DNA of 64,000 bases from Candidatus Latescibacterota bacterium (GTDB lineage: Bacteria; Latescibacterota; UBA2968; GCA-2709665). The stretch is taken from assembly GCA_965219995.1 (NCBI GenBank), contig CBDCOX010000002.1, forward strand, positions 4,448,001 to 4,512,000. The letters are read 5' to 3'. Under the pieces are notes generated by a model. That model ran no database searches. It was not told where the DNA came from and worked only from the letters and a program-made list of their open reading frames with translations. Below, in pieces: positions 10,747 to 21,117 of this stretch (positions within the stretch are counted from its first letter, which is position 1; every line of letters begins with the position of its first letter). The position numbers and the translations under genes are program-made.

Positions 10747-12099
10747 TCAGTGTCCCAGTCCGAACCCGGTCAGGCGGGATGTATCCACAACCCCGTCGGT
10801 GATGTCGAAGGCTTCGGGAAACCGGTCCGCCCAGACACCGTTCGCATCCGGGCAATACTGACGCGCGTTGCCCTCGATGGCCGTCACCGAGGGGACGCGC
10901 GCGGCCAGGCCCGCGGAGTGAAGAAACGAGGCCCCCGGACAGGTGAGGTCCTGGACGCAGAGAAACATGCCGTGTTTTTCGGCGGCGGCGCCCATCAACA
11001 GGGCCTGCGACTGCCCCTTGCAGGTCTTGAGCGCCACGCCGGAATAGCCGAGGTCGCGGGCCAACAGCAGGCTCTCGAAATCCTCGAGGGACTCGTCGAT
11101 CACAACGGGCCGGATTCTGGCGGCTTCGTGCATCCTGTTTCCCGGGTTGGCGCGAAGGTCGCGCGCCGTGGGCTGCTCGATGTAGGCCACGCGTTCGAGG
11201 GCGCCGCCGCTTCTTTCCTGTATCTTTGCCAGGAAGTCCAGGAGGTAGCCCACGTCGCGGCATTGTTCGTTGAAATCGAGGGAGTATGCCCAGTCGGAAA
11301 CGGCGCGTTCGGCCTGTGTCTGGGAGGTGACGGCGTGGATGTCGCAGACGCGGTCCACGTCCCAGTCGAGGTCGTCGCCGTTGAGTTTGATTTTGAGGTG
11401 GGTGAGGCCGTCCGCGCGGATCCATTCAGGCAGGGTCTCGGGCAGGCCGTCGTCCACGCGCTGATCGACGTCGGCGTCCGCGAGCGGGTCCAGGGCGCCC
11501 ACGAGGTGGTACAGCGGCATTCGCGGCGTGGGGTTCCGGAGGGTATACCGGTCCAGGTATTCGCCGCTGAAGTCCTCGTTGAGATAACGGGCCAGGTCGT
11601 GGTTCATCCACCGGTCGGACAGGCCGTCGTACGCGTTGATCCGGTTGGCCTTACCGAAGGCGTCGTGCAGCGCGGCGTCGATCGGGCTGGCGGTAACCAG
11701 GGTGCAGAGTTTGGGAACCGGCTCCGCAAGGTCCAGGTCCGCGCCGGTTTCCGCGGCAAGTTCGAGAAACCGCAATTCCAGGTCCACCATGATGTCGACG
11801 GGATGACCGCTATCGCCGTAGGTGCGGGTGTACGCGACCATGCGTTCGCCGAGTTGGACCATCGCCCGCATCGTATCGTCGAAGCCGACGGTCTGAGAGG
11901 GAAAGGACCAGGCGTTCCCCAGCGGCATGGACCCGAAACCGGACGCCCGCGCGCCGGCGCCGTTCTCCACGTCGACGGTCACGTTCATCAGTTTGCAATG
12001 CGTGGTGACCACGCCGCCGAATTTCAGCGGGGTACGGTAGGGGTATGCCTCGAAGTCGAGTTCGACGTTGAGGATGCGGATATCGGAAGGCTTTGGCAT
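10747..12099 (-). CDS. Enolase-superfamily enzyme (mandelate racemase/muconate lactonizing family)
   Basis: HLKIKLNG, LDFNE, YIEQP, VIDES, ALKTCKG. ATG 12099 is preceded by GGAG. Confidence 0.85.
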   Translation of the reverse strand: MPKPSDIRILNVELDFEAYPYRTPLKFGGVVTTHCKLMNVTVDVENGAGARASGFGSMPLGNAWSFPSQTVGFDDTMRAMVQLGERMVAYTRTYGDSGHPVDIMVDLELRFLELAAETGADLDLAEPVPKLCTLVTASPIDAALHDAFGKANRINAYDGLSDRWMNHDLARYLNEDFSGEYLDRYTLRNPTPRMPLYHLVGALDPLADADVDQRVDDGLPETLPEWIRADGLTHLKIKLNGDDLDWDVDRVCDIHAVTSQTQAERAVSDWAYSLDFNEQCRDVGYLLDFLAKIQERSGGALERVAYIEQPTARDLRANPGNRMHEAARIRPVVIDESLEDFESLLLARDLGYSGVALKTCKGQSQALLMGAAAEKHGMFLCVQDLTCPGASFLHSAGLAARVPSVTAIEGNARQYCPDANGVWADRFPEAFDITDGVVDTSRLTGFGLGH

Positions 12100-12121
12100 T
12101 GTCGCTCCGTTCTGCGGGTCC

Positions 12122-14806
12122 CTATCCGCCCAGCTGCCGTTCCACCCCTGCCTTGAGGGCGGCATCGATGCGTGCAGCGCTCTCCTCCAGGTGGGCGCGG
12201 GTGTGGCGGTCCAGTCCGTTGGGGGAAAGAGCGTTCCGGATCGCGGTCTTCAGTACCACAAGGTCGGCGCGGGCAAGGGAAGTGGCATCGGCAGGCGCGT
12301 CGCGGGGCGGCTTTACGACCAGAACGACAACGCGGTCCAGGTGCAGGCGCTGAAGGTTTCTCCGGAAGCTGTTGATGTTGCTTCCGGAATCCAGCTCGGC
12401 CCAGATGGCCTCCCGGAGGCCGTCGAAGAGTTCCGGCATTCCGAATACGTCGCCCCGAGCCCAGAGTCCCACGTCCTGCATCCGGCCCAGCAGCAGCGGA
12501 TGATACAGCGCACTCAGGGGGCCGCGCTGGATGCTCAGAATCCGGCTGTGGATCGGATAGTCCAGCCGCTGCATGCGCCAGACCGCGCCGGTAAAGCCCC
12601 AGAGGCGTTCCGGCGCGAGTTTCCGCATCAACCCGGGCGGAAACTCGAAGGCGTCCGGGCCGAAGATGTGAGTTTTCAGAAACTCGAACGCCTCCCGCTG
12701 CCTGGCGGCATCGACCGGTTCGAACGGCAGCCGGTTTCCGGGGTCGCCCACGTGGTCGCGCCGGTGGTGGATGCCGCCGATGTATTTGGTGACGTTCCGG
12801 GCGGCGAGGAAGTACTCCGTCAGGCCCTGACCGAACACTCTACGCAGCTTCTGATACCGCCTTCCGGAAACCTCGAACTCGCCCTCCATTTTTCGCCAGA
12901 GTTCCTTCGCCAGCGCGATCCGATTGCGGTGGAACGCCAGTGGGTCCGCGCCCAGGTCCCAGCGATTGACCGTTGGATCGATGCCACGGGGCGCGCCGAA
13001 CGCGTCTTCATCCGTGCCGTACGCGACCCGGGGATCCGCGACCTTGGACGCGATTTTGTCCAGTTCTTCCCGTTCCGCTTCGGGATCTTCCGCGTCGATC
13101 GGCTTGTAGGCGTATTCGATCGCCCATTTGTCGTAGGGTCCGAGTATTACGGGGAAATAGTGGCCCTGCTTTTCTCCCTCCGCCGCGATATTCGGCGGCA
13201 GGTAATCCATCACCGAACTGGACAGGTCCTTTACGGTGTCCTTGTCCTGAAGGCGTGCCGCGGGATGCAGTGTGCTGGCCCTGAAGTTGTGGCGCAGGCC
13301 CAGGGTGTGCCCCATTTCGTGCGCGGCGATCATGGTCAGATAGTCGTTGATGAACTCCTGGCCCTCCTTCCCGGCCAGATCGATTTCTCCCCGGGCAGCC
13401 AGCAGATTTCCCGCGAAGGCGGCCTGGTGGGCGGCGCCGTCGGCGTAGTCGCAGAATCCGCGCCAATAGTGCCGCGTTCGATCCTGCGCCGGCAATGGGC
13501 CGCCGCCATCGGATACGGGATCCACGAATTCCTCGTATTCGCGGAACATCACACGCGGAAAGTCCGCGCTGAAGCGGATGCTTGCGTGCAACAGTTCGCC
13601 GGTGAGCGGGTTGGCGCGGGAGGGTCCCTGGGCATATATTCTGCGTGGATTCACGAACCAGCGGACCATGTTGTAGCGCGCGTCTGCGGCATCCCATTCC
13701 GCGTCGTCCGGCTGCTGCCTGACCACGATCGCGTCCTTGAAACCGATTCGCTCGAAGGCCTCATTCCACATCAGGAGGCCCTTTTTCAGGGCTTCCCGGT
13801 ATTTCACGGGGACCGTCTTTTCCAGCCAGAAGACAATCGGATCTCTGGGTTTCGAGAGTCTTTCGCGCGAATTCTTTTTCTCCAGGTGCCATCGTTCCAC
13901 GTACCGCGTGTAGGGAGTCTCCTTCTGAACCGTGCTGTAATCCTGGTACATGGTGAGAAAGTGGCCCACCCGGTCGTCTCCCAGCCTGGGTCGGTAGCTC
14001 GTCCGCGGCAGAGTGGAAAGGCTATAGTGGTAGACGTGCTGAAAACTGCGCGGGTCGGGGAAGGTGTAGGCCTCGAATTCGGGGGTGGCCGTATTGAAGT
14101 GCAGGACCACTTCGATTTCCGTGTTCAGCGGAAAGGACTTCACCTTTCCGAAGTAGCTGTTCTTGCCGTCGAACCGGTACTTCACCTTGCTGTTTCTGAA
14201 CGCCGCCGCCACCATCGCCAGATCCTGAATGAAGAAGCCGCCTGCGTCTACAAGGATGCTCTTTCGTTCCGGATGGGGTTCGCTGTCTACGATTTTCGCG
14301 ACGCTGAGGATGGAATTCGTGACGCTCCGCTCTAATGCACCCGTGATCGGTGCGTCTTCATCCGCCCGGAAGTAGACGTTCTTGTGAAGGAACTGCACGT
14401 TCTTTCCCACGCGTTTGAGAACAAAGGGAAAGCCGTAGTTCATGAAACTGGGAATCAGGGCCGTGGCGTCGAAGAAATAGCCGTCGGCCGCCTCGCGCGT
14501 GACCGCGCACAGAAAGAGCCTGTCGAACTGCCTGGGCCTGATCTCCATGTAGACCTTGGCCTCGTCGTCCTTGCGATAGACCGTAAAGAGACCCGGGACG
14601 ACTTCGAAGTCCTTTGTGACGTCCTCGAAGGTCTTCTTCTTTTTCTTCTTGTCCTTTTTCGCGGTCGTGTCCGCTTTTGTCTCTGTGGCCTTGACTTTCG
14701 CGGTATCCGCCGACGTGGTGTCGGGTCCGGCTTCTTCCGCATGGACGGTTACGGCCAATATGGAGGCGAAGAAGATCTGGGTGAACGTGACGATCAGCGG
14801 TCGCAT
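12122..14806 (-). CDS. Secreted zinc-dependent metalloprotease (EcxA/DUF4953-DUF5117-like)
   Basis: Signal peptide, HEMGHTLGLRH zinc motif, SSVMDY Met-turn, DDRVGHF. RBS AGGAGGA before ATG 14806. Confidence 0.88.
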   Translation of the reverse strand: MRPLIVTFTQIFFASILAVTVHAEEAGPDTTSADTAKVKATETKADTTAKKDKKKKKKTFEDVTKDFEVVPGLFTVYRKDDEAKVYMEIRPRQFDRLFLCAVTREAADGYFFDATALIPSFMNYGFPFVLKRVGKNVQFLHKNVYFRADEDAPITGALERSVTNSILSVAKIVDSEPHPERKSILVDAGGFFIQDLAMVAAAFRNSKVKYRFDGKNSYFGKVKSFPLNTEIEVVLHFNTATPEFEAYTFPDPRSFQHVYHYSLSTLPRTSYRPRLGDDRVGHFLTMYQDYSTVQKETPYTRYVERWHLEKKNSRERLSKPRDPIVFWLEKTVPVKYREALKKGLLMWNEAFERIGFKDAIVVRQQPDDAEWDAADARYNMVRWFVNPRRIYAQGPSRANPLTGELLHASIRFSADFPRVMFREYEEFVDPVSDGGGPLPAQDRTRHYWRGFCDYADGAAHQAAFAGNLLAARGEIDLAGKEGQEFINDYLTMIAAHEMGHTLGLRHNFRASTLHPAARLQDKDTVKDLSSSVMDYLPPNIAAEGEKQGHYFPVILGPYDKWAIEYAYKPIDAEDPEAEREELDKIASKVADPRVAYGTDEDAFGAPRGIDPTVNRWDLGADPLAFHRNRIALAKELWRKMEGEFEVSGRRYQKLRRVFGQGLTEYFLAARNVTKYIGGIHHRRDHVGDPGNRLPFEPVDAARQREAFEFLKTHIFGPDAFEFPPGLMRKLAPERLWGFTGAVWRMQRLDYPIHSRILSIQRGPLSALYHPLLLGRMQDVGLWARGDVFGMPELFDGLREAIWAELDSGSNINSFRRNLQRLHLDRVVVLVVKPPRDAPADATSLARADLVVLKTAIRNALSPNGLDRHTRAHLEESAARIDAALKAGVERQLGG

Positions 14807-14909
14807 CCTGTCCTCCTGGCGGTTTATATATTTCCCCGACACCAAATCGGGTGTGGCTCGAGCGTCTGTCATCGGGACCGCGCTCCGCAATTCGCGAGGT
14901 GATTCCGGT

Positions 14910-15383
14910 TTATCCCGGGCGGGCCGACCACAGCCTCAGCATGACCCGCACGGCAAGGCCGGTAATGCACCCCGCTGCGGCGGCCGAGAATACCACCCAT
15001 CCGCCCTCCAGCAACACAAGCAATACAGCGCTGATGCCGAGCGAAAGCCCCCAGAAGAGACCCGCGCCGAGGCTCCAGTCCAGAAGCACCCACACCAGGC
15101 CGACGCCCATGGCCGCGGGTATGGCCGCGACGAACCCGATGATCACCCCGTCGAACGGACCCCAGTAGACCCCCGCGCCGGCGCCAAGCCCCAGCACCAT
15201 GCCAACGCCCGTGCTGATGTCGCTGCCCATCCCCACGATCAACCCCAGCGCCAGACCCCAGCCCAGCCCCAGCCCCGCGGCGTGTTGCCAGCCCGGCTGC
15301 CCGACCATAAAGTGCGAAAACGGTCCCATCAGGACAAAGGCCACGCCGAAAACGAACCCCCCATGGATGACTTTCCGCAACAC
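14910..15383 (-). CDS. Gly-rich multi-pass membrane protein, function unknown
   Basis: Hydrophobic GxGxG-repeat helices; co-oriented with neighbours. Confidence 0.6.
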   Translation of the reverse strand: MLRKVIHGGFVFGVAFVLMGPFSHFMVGQPGWQHAAGLGLGWGLALGLIVGMGSDISTGVGMVLGLGAGAGVYWGPFDGVIIGFVAAIPAAMGVGLVWVLLDWSLGAGLFWGLSLGISAVLLVLLEGGWVVFSAAAAGCITGLAVRVMLRLWSARPG

Positions 15384-15446
15384 CGCTGCTCCTGGCTCGT
15401 GTCTTCGGTTTCCGGTGCGGCTATGATCGGCCGATCGCCGACACTG

Positions 15447-15839
15447 TCATGCCGGGGACACCGGTTCGACCAGGTCGTCCATCGACACGTCGAGCGCGGC
15501 GGCGAGTCTGCGAAACAGGTCGAGCGCGCCGGCTTTGTGCCCGTTTTCGATCTGTGACAGGTAACCCCTGGAAACGCCTGCCTGCGCTGCCAGGGAGGCC
15601 AGCGTCAGCCCTCGGTGCTTCCGCCACGCACGCAACGGCGATCCGCCGTTCAGTATGGCCTTAACGACGTCGCCGGGAACCGTATCGCCTGCAGCATCGT
15701 CTGCCCATGCCCTGTCGATGGCCGCGGAATCATCCGCGTCTTCGAGCGCTGCCGCCATCCGGCGGTACGCCTCGATCGGAACAACCGCGTATTCGGGCGC
15801 CCCGTCCTTTACGATGATTTGCACCTGCTGTTCGTTCAT
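15447..15839 (-). CDS. XRE-family HTH antitoxin/regulator
   Basis: LRAWRKHRGLTLASLAAQAGVSRGYLSQIENG HTH_3; N-terminal PEYAVVP segment; ATGA overlap with the upstream toxin remnant. Confidence 0.85.
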   Translation of the reverse strand: MNEQQVQIIVKDGAPEYAVVPIEAYRRMAAALEDADDSAAIDRAWADDAAGDTVPGDVVKAILNGGSPLRAWRKHRGLTLASLAAQAGVSRGYLSQIENGHKAGALDLFRRLAAALDVSMDDLVEPVSPA

Positions 15840-15948
15840 CGGTAAATCTGCCCCCTCGTTTCAACTTTCGCGACCAGCAGTACCCTTTGTTCGTCGTTGA
15901 TCGTGTAAATCACGCGCCAGTCACCCAACCTTAGCCGAAAGTCGCGGT
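15836..15948 (-). pseudogene. C-terminal remnant of a RelE/ParE toxin
   Basis: Reads DFRLRLGDWRVIYTINDEQRVLLVAKVETRGQIYR*, with the stop overlapping the antitoxin ATG; the space for the N-terminal half is occupied by the 3' end of the upstream gene. Confidence 0.8.
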
Positions 15949-17235
15949 CTAATCGGCCTGCAAAACCGTGTCGATGGCGGCGCGGACGATCTTCTCCGAC
16001 TTCCCGGACACGAAGGCGTCCACGGGCTCGTATCCGCCCTCGTCAAAGGACGTTTCCATCGTAATGTATCCCGTTCCCAGGTCTCCGTATCCCGCCACGG
16101 CGACGAAGGCGTCCGGCCGGCTCTCCTGAGCGTGCAACTGGTATTCGATGAAGATCTCCCCGGGCAGATTGACCACCGCCACCGCATCGTTCAGGTGCAT
16201 ACAGGTGAAGGGGATGGGCCGTTCCCGTCGCCGGACGTACGTCAGCATGAGGGCGGTCTTGCTGTGCACCTTGTCGCCTATACGGGTTGACGCGATCTGC
16301 CCCAGCAGGTTTTCCTCGACGAGGTCCTCTCTCGGGGGCAGCCGCACGGGCTCGACCGTCCAGCGTATCCCCTCCAGCGCCTGTCGCTTACTGCCCTGTT
16401 CAGACTCCACCATGGCGGAATGGATGCGCCCGGTAAATAGCTCGCGGTTGTCGGACACGCCGTCGTTGTATTTGCCCGCGGTAACGTTGCCCGCGCACCC
16501 GGTGAAGTAGATGTGCGGCACCCCGCTTTCTGTCGTGCGGCGGTTGCGGGCCAGGCCGACGAACTCGGGCGTGACCAGCCCGGTACCATCCATGCTGGTT
16601 GGATGCGTGGCATAGTAATGAACGAGGGCCAGCGGCTTATCCTGGTTATAATAGCCGATCGTCTTGAGCATGGGGTCGATGACGCCCTCCGGAGCGGCCC
16701 GCACCTCCGGATCGGGCGTCTTGGTCCAGCGCACAGCGGCCACCTTCCCGTCCGGCCCCATGACCCGCCTGTTGGAGGCAATCCTGTCGACTCGGGCTTC
16801 GCCTGTCGAAACATGCGTGCAGGGCTGCAGCCGGTCCATGGCCTCGCCCGCTGCCGCTGCCGCCTGCGTGCGAACGCGTTCGGCCCAGTCTCCGGCCATG
16901 ATGACATCGGTATGGCCGTACGAATCGAGAATATGCTGCGCATCTCGGTCAGGCCAGGGTGTATCGTGGGCGTGGGTGCAGTGCACGGCCACGCGGTCCG
17001 CCCCCGTGCCCACGGCAATGGCCAGCGCTTCGCGCCATCGGTCGTAGTCGCCGTTGCTCAGTTCCGCCCAGTCCAGTGCGCACAGGACGATTGGCGGCTG
17101 GTCGTCCGGTACGATCACGAGCCCCAGCGCGGAAAGCGGGTCCAGGATGCCTTTGGCGGAAGGATACCATCCCGCGCAAAGCGGATGCCCCAGCGGCGGC
17201 GTCACGTCGGATTGAAAGGTGGCGATCCGGGTCAT
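15949..17235 (-). CDS. Neutral/alkaline ceramidase-like metal hydrolase (hypothetical)
   Basis: DVTPPLGHPL, VHCTHAHDTP, HYYATHP, YFTGCAGNV, LPGEIFIEY, GGYEP. Confidence 0.7.
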   Translation of the reverse strand: MTRIATFQSDVTPPLGHPLCAGWYPSAKGILDPLSALGLVIVPDDQPPIVLCALDWAELSNGDYDRWREALAIAVGTGADRVAVHCTHAHDTPWPDRDAQHILDSYGHTDVIMAGDWAERVRTQAAAAAGEAMDRLQPCTHVSTGEARVDRIASNRRVMGPDGKVAAVRWTKTPDPEVRAAPEGVIDPMLKTIGYYNQDKPLALVHYYATHPTSMDGTGLVTPEFVGLARNRRTTESGVPHIYFTGCAGNVTAGKYNDGVSDNRELFTGRIHSAMVESEQGSKRQALEGIRWTVEPVRLPPREDLVEENLLGQIASTRIGDKVHSKTALMLTYVRRRERPIPFTCMHLNDAVAVVNLPGEIFIEYQLHAQESRPDAFVAVAGYGDLGTGYITMETSFDEGGYEPVDAFVSGKSEKIVRAAIDTVLQAD

Positions 17236-17614
17236 GGTTTCTCCGTATTGAGCCGGCCCCGGCATTGCGCGCGGGCTGCGCCGTCGCAACAGGGGATTCC
17301 GGAGATCTGAACAAAAAAAGGGTGGGCGAACGGCAAAGTACGGCGGGGATTACAACCTGTCAACCCGAAACATGGATCGAGGCGCTTGAGATATAGTAGG
17401 CAAGGAAACTCACATGGATGGACAGGATGGGCAGGATAAAACCGTAAAAGCACGAGAAAGGCACGAGAGAACGAGTAAAGGCAATGTACGAAAAGCGGTG
17501 GGGGATTTCAGCGCGTTTCGTCAACGGGCAGCATAAGGTTATTACCAGCAGCAGTAAACAGTTGACGTCTTAAGCTCCTGCCAAGGTGTGAAGGGACTTG
17601 CCCGAACGGGGACG

Positions 17615-17700
17615 CTGAGCTTGTCGAATCGCCCGCGTTTCGGCGCCTATATGACCCTTCGCCGACCCTTCGACAAGCTCAGGGAGCGGCTCAGGGTGCC
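17615..17700. repeat. REP-like palindromic element (TTCGACAAGCTCAG family)
   Basis: CTGAGCTTGTCGAA (17615-17628) and TTCGACAAGCTCAG (17669-17682) form a perfect 14-bp inverted repeat; the motif recurs near 44.6 kb and at 46.1-46.5 kb. Confidence 0.75.
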
Positions 17701-17878
17701 AGGTCAATGGCGTGAGATATTGTGAACGGTAGTGTGCTCCCTGCAATAAGTGAACGCGCTTTGAGAAGAAGCCTCGCTCTAAGACCCCTTCGTGTATTCC
17801 ATTGTCTCCAAAAAGCCGGTATATTTGACGCGACCAATCCCTGGCGATCAGTCCGAGTTGTCTCAAGCGAATACCGCT

Positions 17879-20077
17879 ATGGAGCGTTTTACAGTAGAAC
17901 ATCTGCTTCAATTGAAGGTGCCGGCAACGCGGATACCCTTTGATCTCAGTTCCGATGGGCGGTTTCTGGCGCTTACGATGGTGGCCGTCGGCCGCAGCCC
18001 ATCAGTATTGAGATCCGGAGAGCATTCGGGCGTTCCACAGGAAGTCATGCGGCCTACGGTGGTCGTCGTCGATACCGAGGCGTCCGATTTTGTATATCCA
18101 TTCGGCGAAACCGCGGTCTCCTGGGCGCCTCAGTGGTCACCGGACGGTCACCGTCTCGCGGCATACATTCAGAAAGATGACAATCCGGCCTGCCTGGCGA
18201 TATGGGACCGGAACACGTCGACGACGGAAGTGTACGAGGACGCGAAATACGTCGGCGATTACGGGTTTGAGGTCCCCAGGTGGACAAACGACGGACGCCG
18301 GATTCTGATGAAAGCGGATCCCGGGAAACAGGATGCCGGCGCCGAAGATTCCGGAGAGAATGGCATTCAACGGCGGACTTCCGCCGAATCGGTTGTCGTC
18401 CCGATTGATGACTGGGAGAAGCGGGGAGACCTCATCGCGGTGGACGTGGGGTCGCGGGAGGTTTCGGTGTTGGCGGAAAACTGGTCGTTTCGATGCTGGC
18501 GCCCGTCCCCCGACGGGACTCACGTTGCCTGTTTGCGCATCGAGGGACACAATAAGGTTTCTGGTGGGAACGTAAGCGGTCTGATGGTCATCGACATCGA
18601 CCGTCGGAAGACGCTGTGTGCCGCCCGCGGGATCGTGCAGTCGTATACGACCGCATTCAACTGGTCGCCGGACGGCACGCGGCTATGCTATATGACGTGG
18701 GGTGGGGAGAACTCCGGCCATCTCCATGTGGTCGAGAAGGATGGAGGGAGCGGACCGATCGATATTGCGGGTGAAAGCGGCGCGTACATCAGAAAAATCG
18801 ATGCGTTCTACGAAGCGCCGCCAAGGTGGCGCCCAGATTCCACGGAGATACTGCAGCCGGTCCCAGGGGGAATCTGGGTTATCGAAGCATCCGGGGCGGC
18901 TCAGCGAAAACTGCCGGTACCGGACGGTTACAGGGTGTCCACCTGGTTGCTCCAGCAAGAAAGTCCGGTTGTGAATGGCGGCAGGATACCCCTCGCCGTT
19001 ACTCGTAAGGATGAGACGCTCTGTATCGCGGAGCTGGACCTCGAAAGCGGGGCGTTTCGGGAGATGCTCGAGTTAGACGGCGCCATCCAGTCTTGTACGC
19101 TGCTGAATGAGGCGTCAGGTGACGGCGGTACGATATTCATCGCGCGGGAAACCGCAATAAAGCCGCCTGAAGTCATCAGAATCTGCCGAAGCGGCGGCGT
19201 CACGGGCGTTTTCGATCCGCTGCCTTCGATCGATTCTATCAGTATGGGCACGCCGGAGCTTGTTGAGTTCGAATTGGACGACCAGGAGAGCTACAAGGCG
19301 GCTCTGATGCTGCCACCCGGTTTCGATGGAAGGCGTCCCCTTCCGGCAATCACCGTGGTCTACGGCGATTCCTCATACTCGGAGGATATAAACAGATTCG
19401 GATTTATGGAAACCCCATCCGAGGACAACGCCCACTTTCTGGCGCACCGGGGTTACGCGGTGGTGTACCCGGATACCGACCTTTCTGGACGCGACCCGAT
19501 GATTGAGATTGCGGCCAGAACGACGCCCGTGATCGAGCACCTGATCGATCGGGGAACCATCGACCCGAACCGGATCGGACTGTACGGTCACAGTTACGGC
19601 GCTTATTCCGTGCTGGCGCTCCTGGCCCAGACAAAGCTCTTCACGGCCGCCGTATGCAACGCGCCGATTGCGAATTTGACCAGTTTCTACAGTCAGCAGG
19701 ACTGGTACTGGTTCGAGTCGGGACAGGGTGGAATGGGAAAGCCGCCCTGGGACGATCCCGAGGCGTACGTCCGCAACTCACCCCTGTTCCTTCTGGATCA
19801 AATCGAGGCGTCGTTGCTGCTCGTCAACGGCAGCGAAGACACCGCCGCTTCAAGGCAGGCCGAGGAAGTGTTCAAGGGGCTGTTGAGGCTCGGACGGAAA
19901 GTGGAGTGGATCCAATATGAAGGCGCAGACCATTTCACGCCTGAGTGGGAGCACACGAAGCTCGAACATCTGTGCAATACCATGCTCGACTGGTTCGATG
20001 AACACCTGTGGAGTCATTCCCGGTTCTCTACGCGTCCTCCCTCGTATCCCTCCGCATTCTTCCAATTCCAACCTTGA
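17879..20077 (+). CDS. S9 prolyl oligopeptidase / acylaminoacyl-peptidase family
   Basis: PD40-like propeller repeats (WSPDG), GHSYG nucleophile motif, GSED Asp, ADHF His. Start uncertain (ORF track 17792). Confidence 0.88.
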   Translation: MERFTVEHLLQLKVPATRIPFDLSSDGRFLALTMVAVGRSPSVLRSGEHSGVPQEVMRPTVVVVDTEASDFVYPFGETAVSWAPQWSPDGHRLAAYIQKDDNPACLAIWDRNTSTTEVYEDAKYVGDYGFEVPRWTNDGRRILMKADPGKQDAGAEDSGENGIQRRTSAESVVVPIDDWEKRGDLIAVDVGSREVSVLAENWSFRCWRPSPDGTHVACLRIEGHNKVSGGNVSGLMVIDIDRRKTLCAARGIVQSYTTAFNWSPDGTRLCYMTWGGENSGHLHVVEKDGGSGPIDIAGESGAYIRKIDAFYEAPPRWRPDSTEILQPVPGGIWVIEASGAAQRKLPVPDGYRVSTWLLQQESPVVNGGRIPLAVTRKDETLCIAELDLESGAFREMLELDGAIQSCTLLNEASGDGGTIFIARETAIKPPEVIRICRSGGVTGVFDPLPSIDSISMGTPELVEFELDDQESYKAALMLPPGFDGRRPLPAITVVYGDSSYSEDINRFGFMETPSEDNAHFLAHRGYAVVYPDTDLSGRDPMIEIAARTTPVIEHLIDRGTIDPNRIGLYGHSYGAYSVLALLAQTKLFTAAVCNAPIANLTSFYSQQDWYWFESGQGGMGKPPWDDPEAYVRNSPLFLLDQIEASLLLVNGSEDTAASRQAEEVFKGLLRLGRKVEWIQYEGADHFTPEWEHTKLEHLCNTMLDWFDEHLWSHSRFSTRPPSYPSAFFQFQP

Positions 20078-20102
20078 CGGCGGAATCGAAAAATACTATA
20101 CT
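20074..20102 (+). promoter_or_regulatory. Sigma70 promoter (copy 1)
   Basis: TTGACG-N17-TATACT. Confidence 0.6.
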
Positions 20103-20611
20103 GATGTGCAGTATGTTGATTTTCTTTAATGAGTTTGCACGTCTCGTCAGTCAGGACCCGTTTTTCCGGCGAATTTGAAGCAGGTCAGGGAGTTGATTTC
20201 GAAGACATTCGGAGACCGGGAAGCGTTATTTGACCTTAAGGTGCGGGCTGTCGTTGGTAAGAATCTCGTTGCCAGGTGGCATTCTTCGCCCGAAAGAGTG
20301 CCGGAGGTCGACCTGTTGACGTTATCCGTGGAATCCAACAAGACAAACCGGGTAGAAATCGTCGGGTGAAATCTGCGAATCCTACAACGAGAAGAACGTG
20401 GCGAATGAATAGACTTGACTTTTCGCTGTTTGTTCAGAAAGACCCTTGTTAGTCACGCCCTGGTCGCGTATATTTCGGTTAGTCCTTGTCAACAATCAGC
20501 GTAATCCGCGGGTCGGGCAGTCAGCCGAATACAACAACCACCGACCCCGTTGAGGGGTAAGCGCCCCGATACCTTGCGGTGTCTGTAGCGGAAAACTGCT
20601 CAGGGTGTATA

Positions 20612-20818
20612 ATGGATGCGGTCATATGGATAAATCTCGCGGGTGTGCTGGCTATCCTGGGCCTGGGGTGGCGTGGATACAGCAAGCTCGACAGCAAGAT
20701 AGATACCCTGGGTAGCAAACGGGAGGAAAGAATCGCCAACCTTGGCGAGCGAGTTGCTCGCATCGAGGGTATGATGTCTGTGACGTATCGCCACGAGGAG
20801 CCGAAGGAACCAACCTGA
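20612..20818 (+). CDS. Small membrane-anchored coiled-coil protein (probable IS passenger)
   Basis: MDAVIWINLAGVLAILGLGW TM segment followed by ERVARIEG; lies convergent to the IS1595 remnant. Confidence 0.5.
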   Translation: MDAVIWINLAGVLAILGLGWRGYSKLDSKIDTLGSKREERIANLGERVARIEGMMSVTYRHEEPKEPT

Positions 20819-21117
20819 CCGATCAAGTCCCTGTATTTGAGCCGTCCGCCAACCATCACCGAGACGAACACGCCCATCCGGTCGCTCACGAAATTCCCAA
20901 CTGAGCACTTTTCCGATCGATTCCTCACGCCTCGCGTCTCCGGTCAGCCTGGAGCGATGTCCCCATATCCGGTGGCGTTCCCTTCCGCGTGCCACGCCAA
21001 GTAGCCCTTCCCTGCAGCTCCTGCAATTACTTCGGTAACCTCAACATCGCCGTTCGTTATTCTGTGCCGGATCCCCGCGACAACGGACTTGCCAACCGTG
21101 CAGCGTCCTCCGTTCAA
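20818..21117 (-). pseudogene. Degenerate IS1595-family transposase fragments
   Basis: LNGGRCTVGKSVVAGIRHRITN...HAEGNATGYGD resembles the IS1595 GRGxVGKxxVxG...DR.TN...GATVYTD segment; MVGGRLKYRDLIG resembles the family C-terminus; the intervening sequence is deleted or degraded. Confidence 0.65.

Noticed and set aside
12068-14335. 755-aa plus-strand ORF and similar long antisense ORFs (e.g. 10750-12156, 41426-42838, 51067-52416)
   Set aside because: Shadow ORFs opposite well-supported genes in high-GC DNA, with no recognisable motifs.
20130-20410. Short ORF 20175-20369
   Set aside because: Looks like a gene fragment with a TTG start; no family recognised, so left unannotated.
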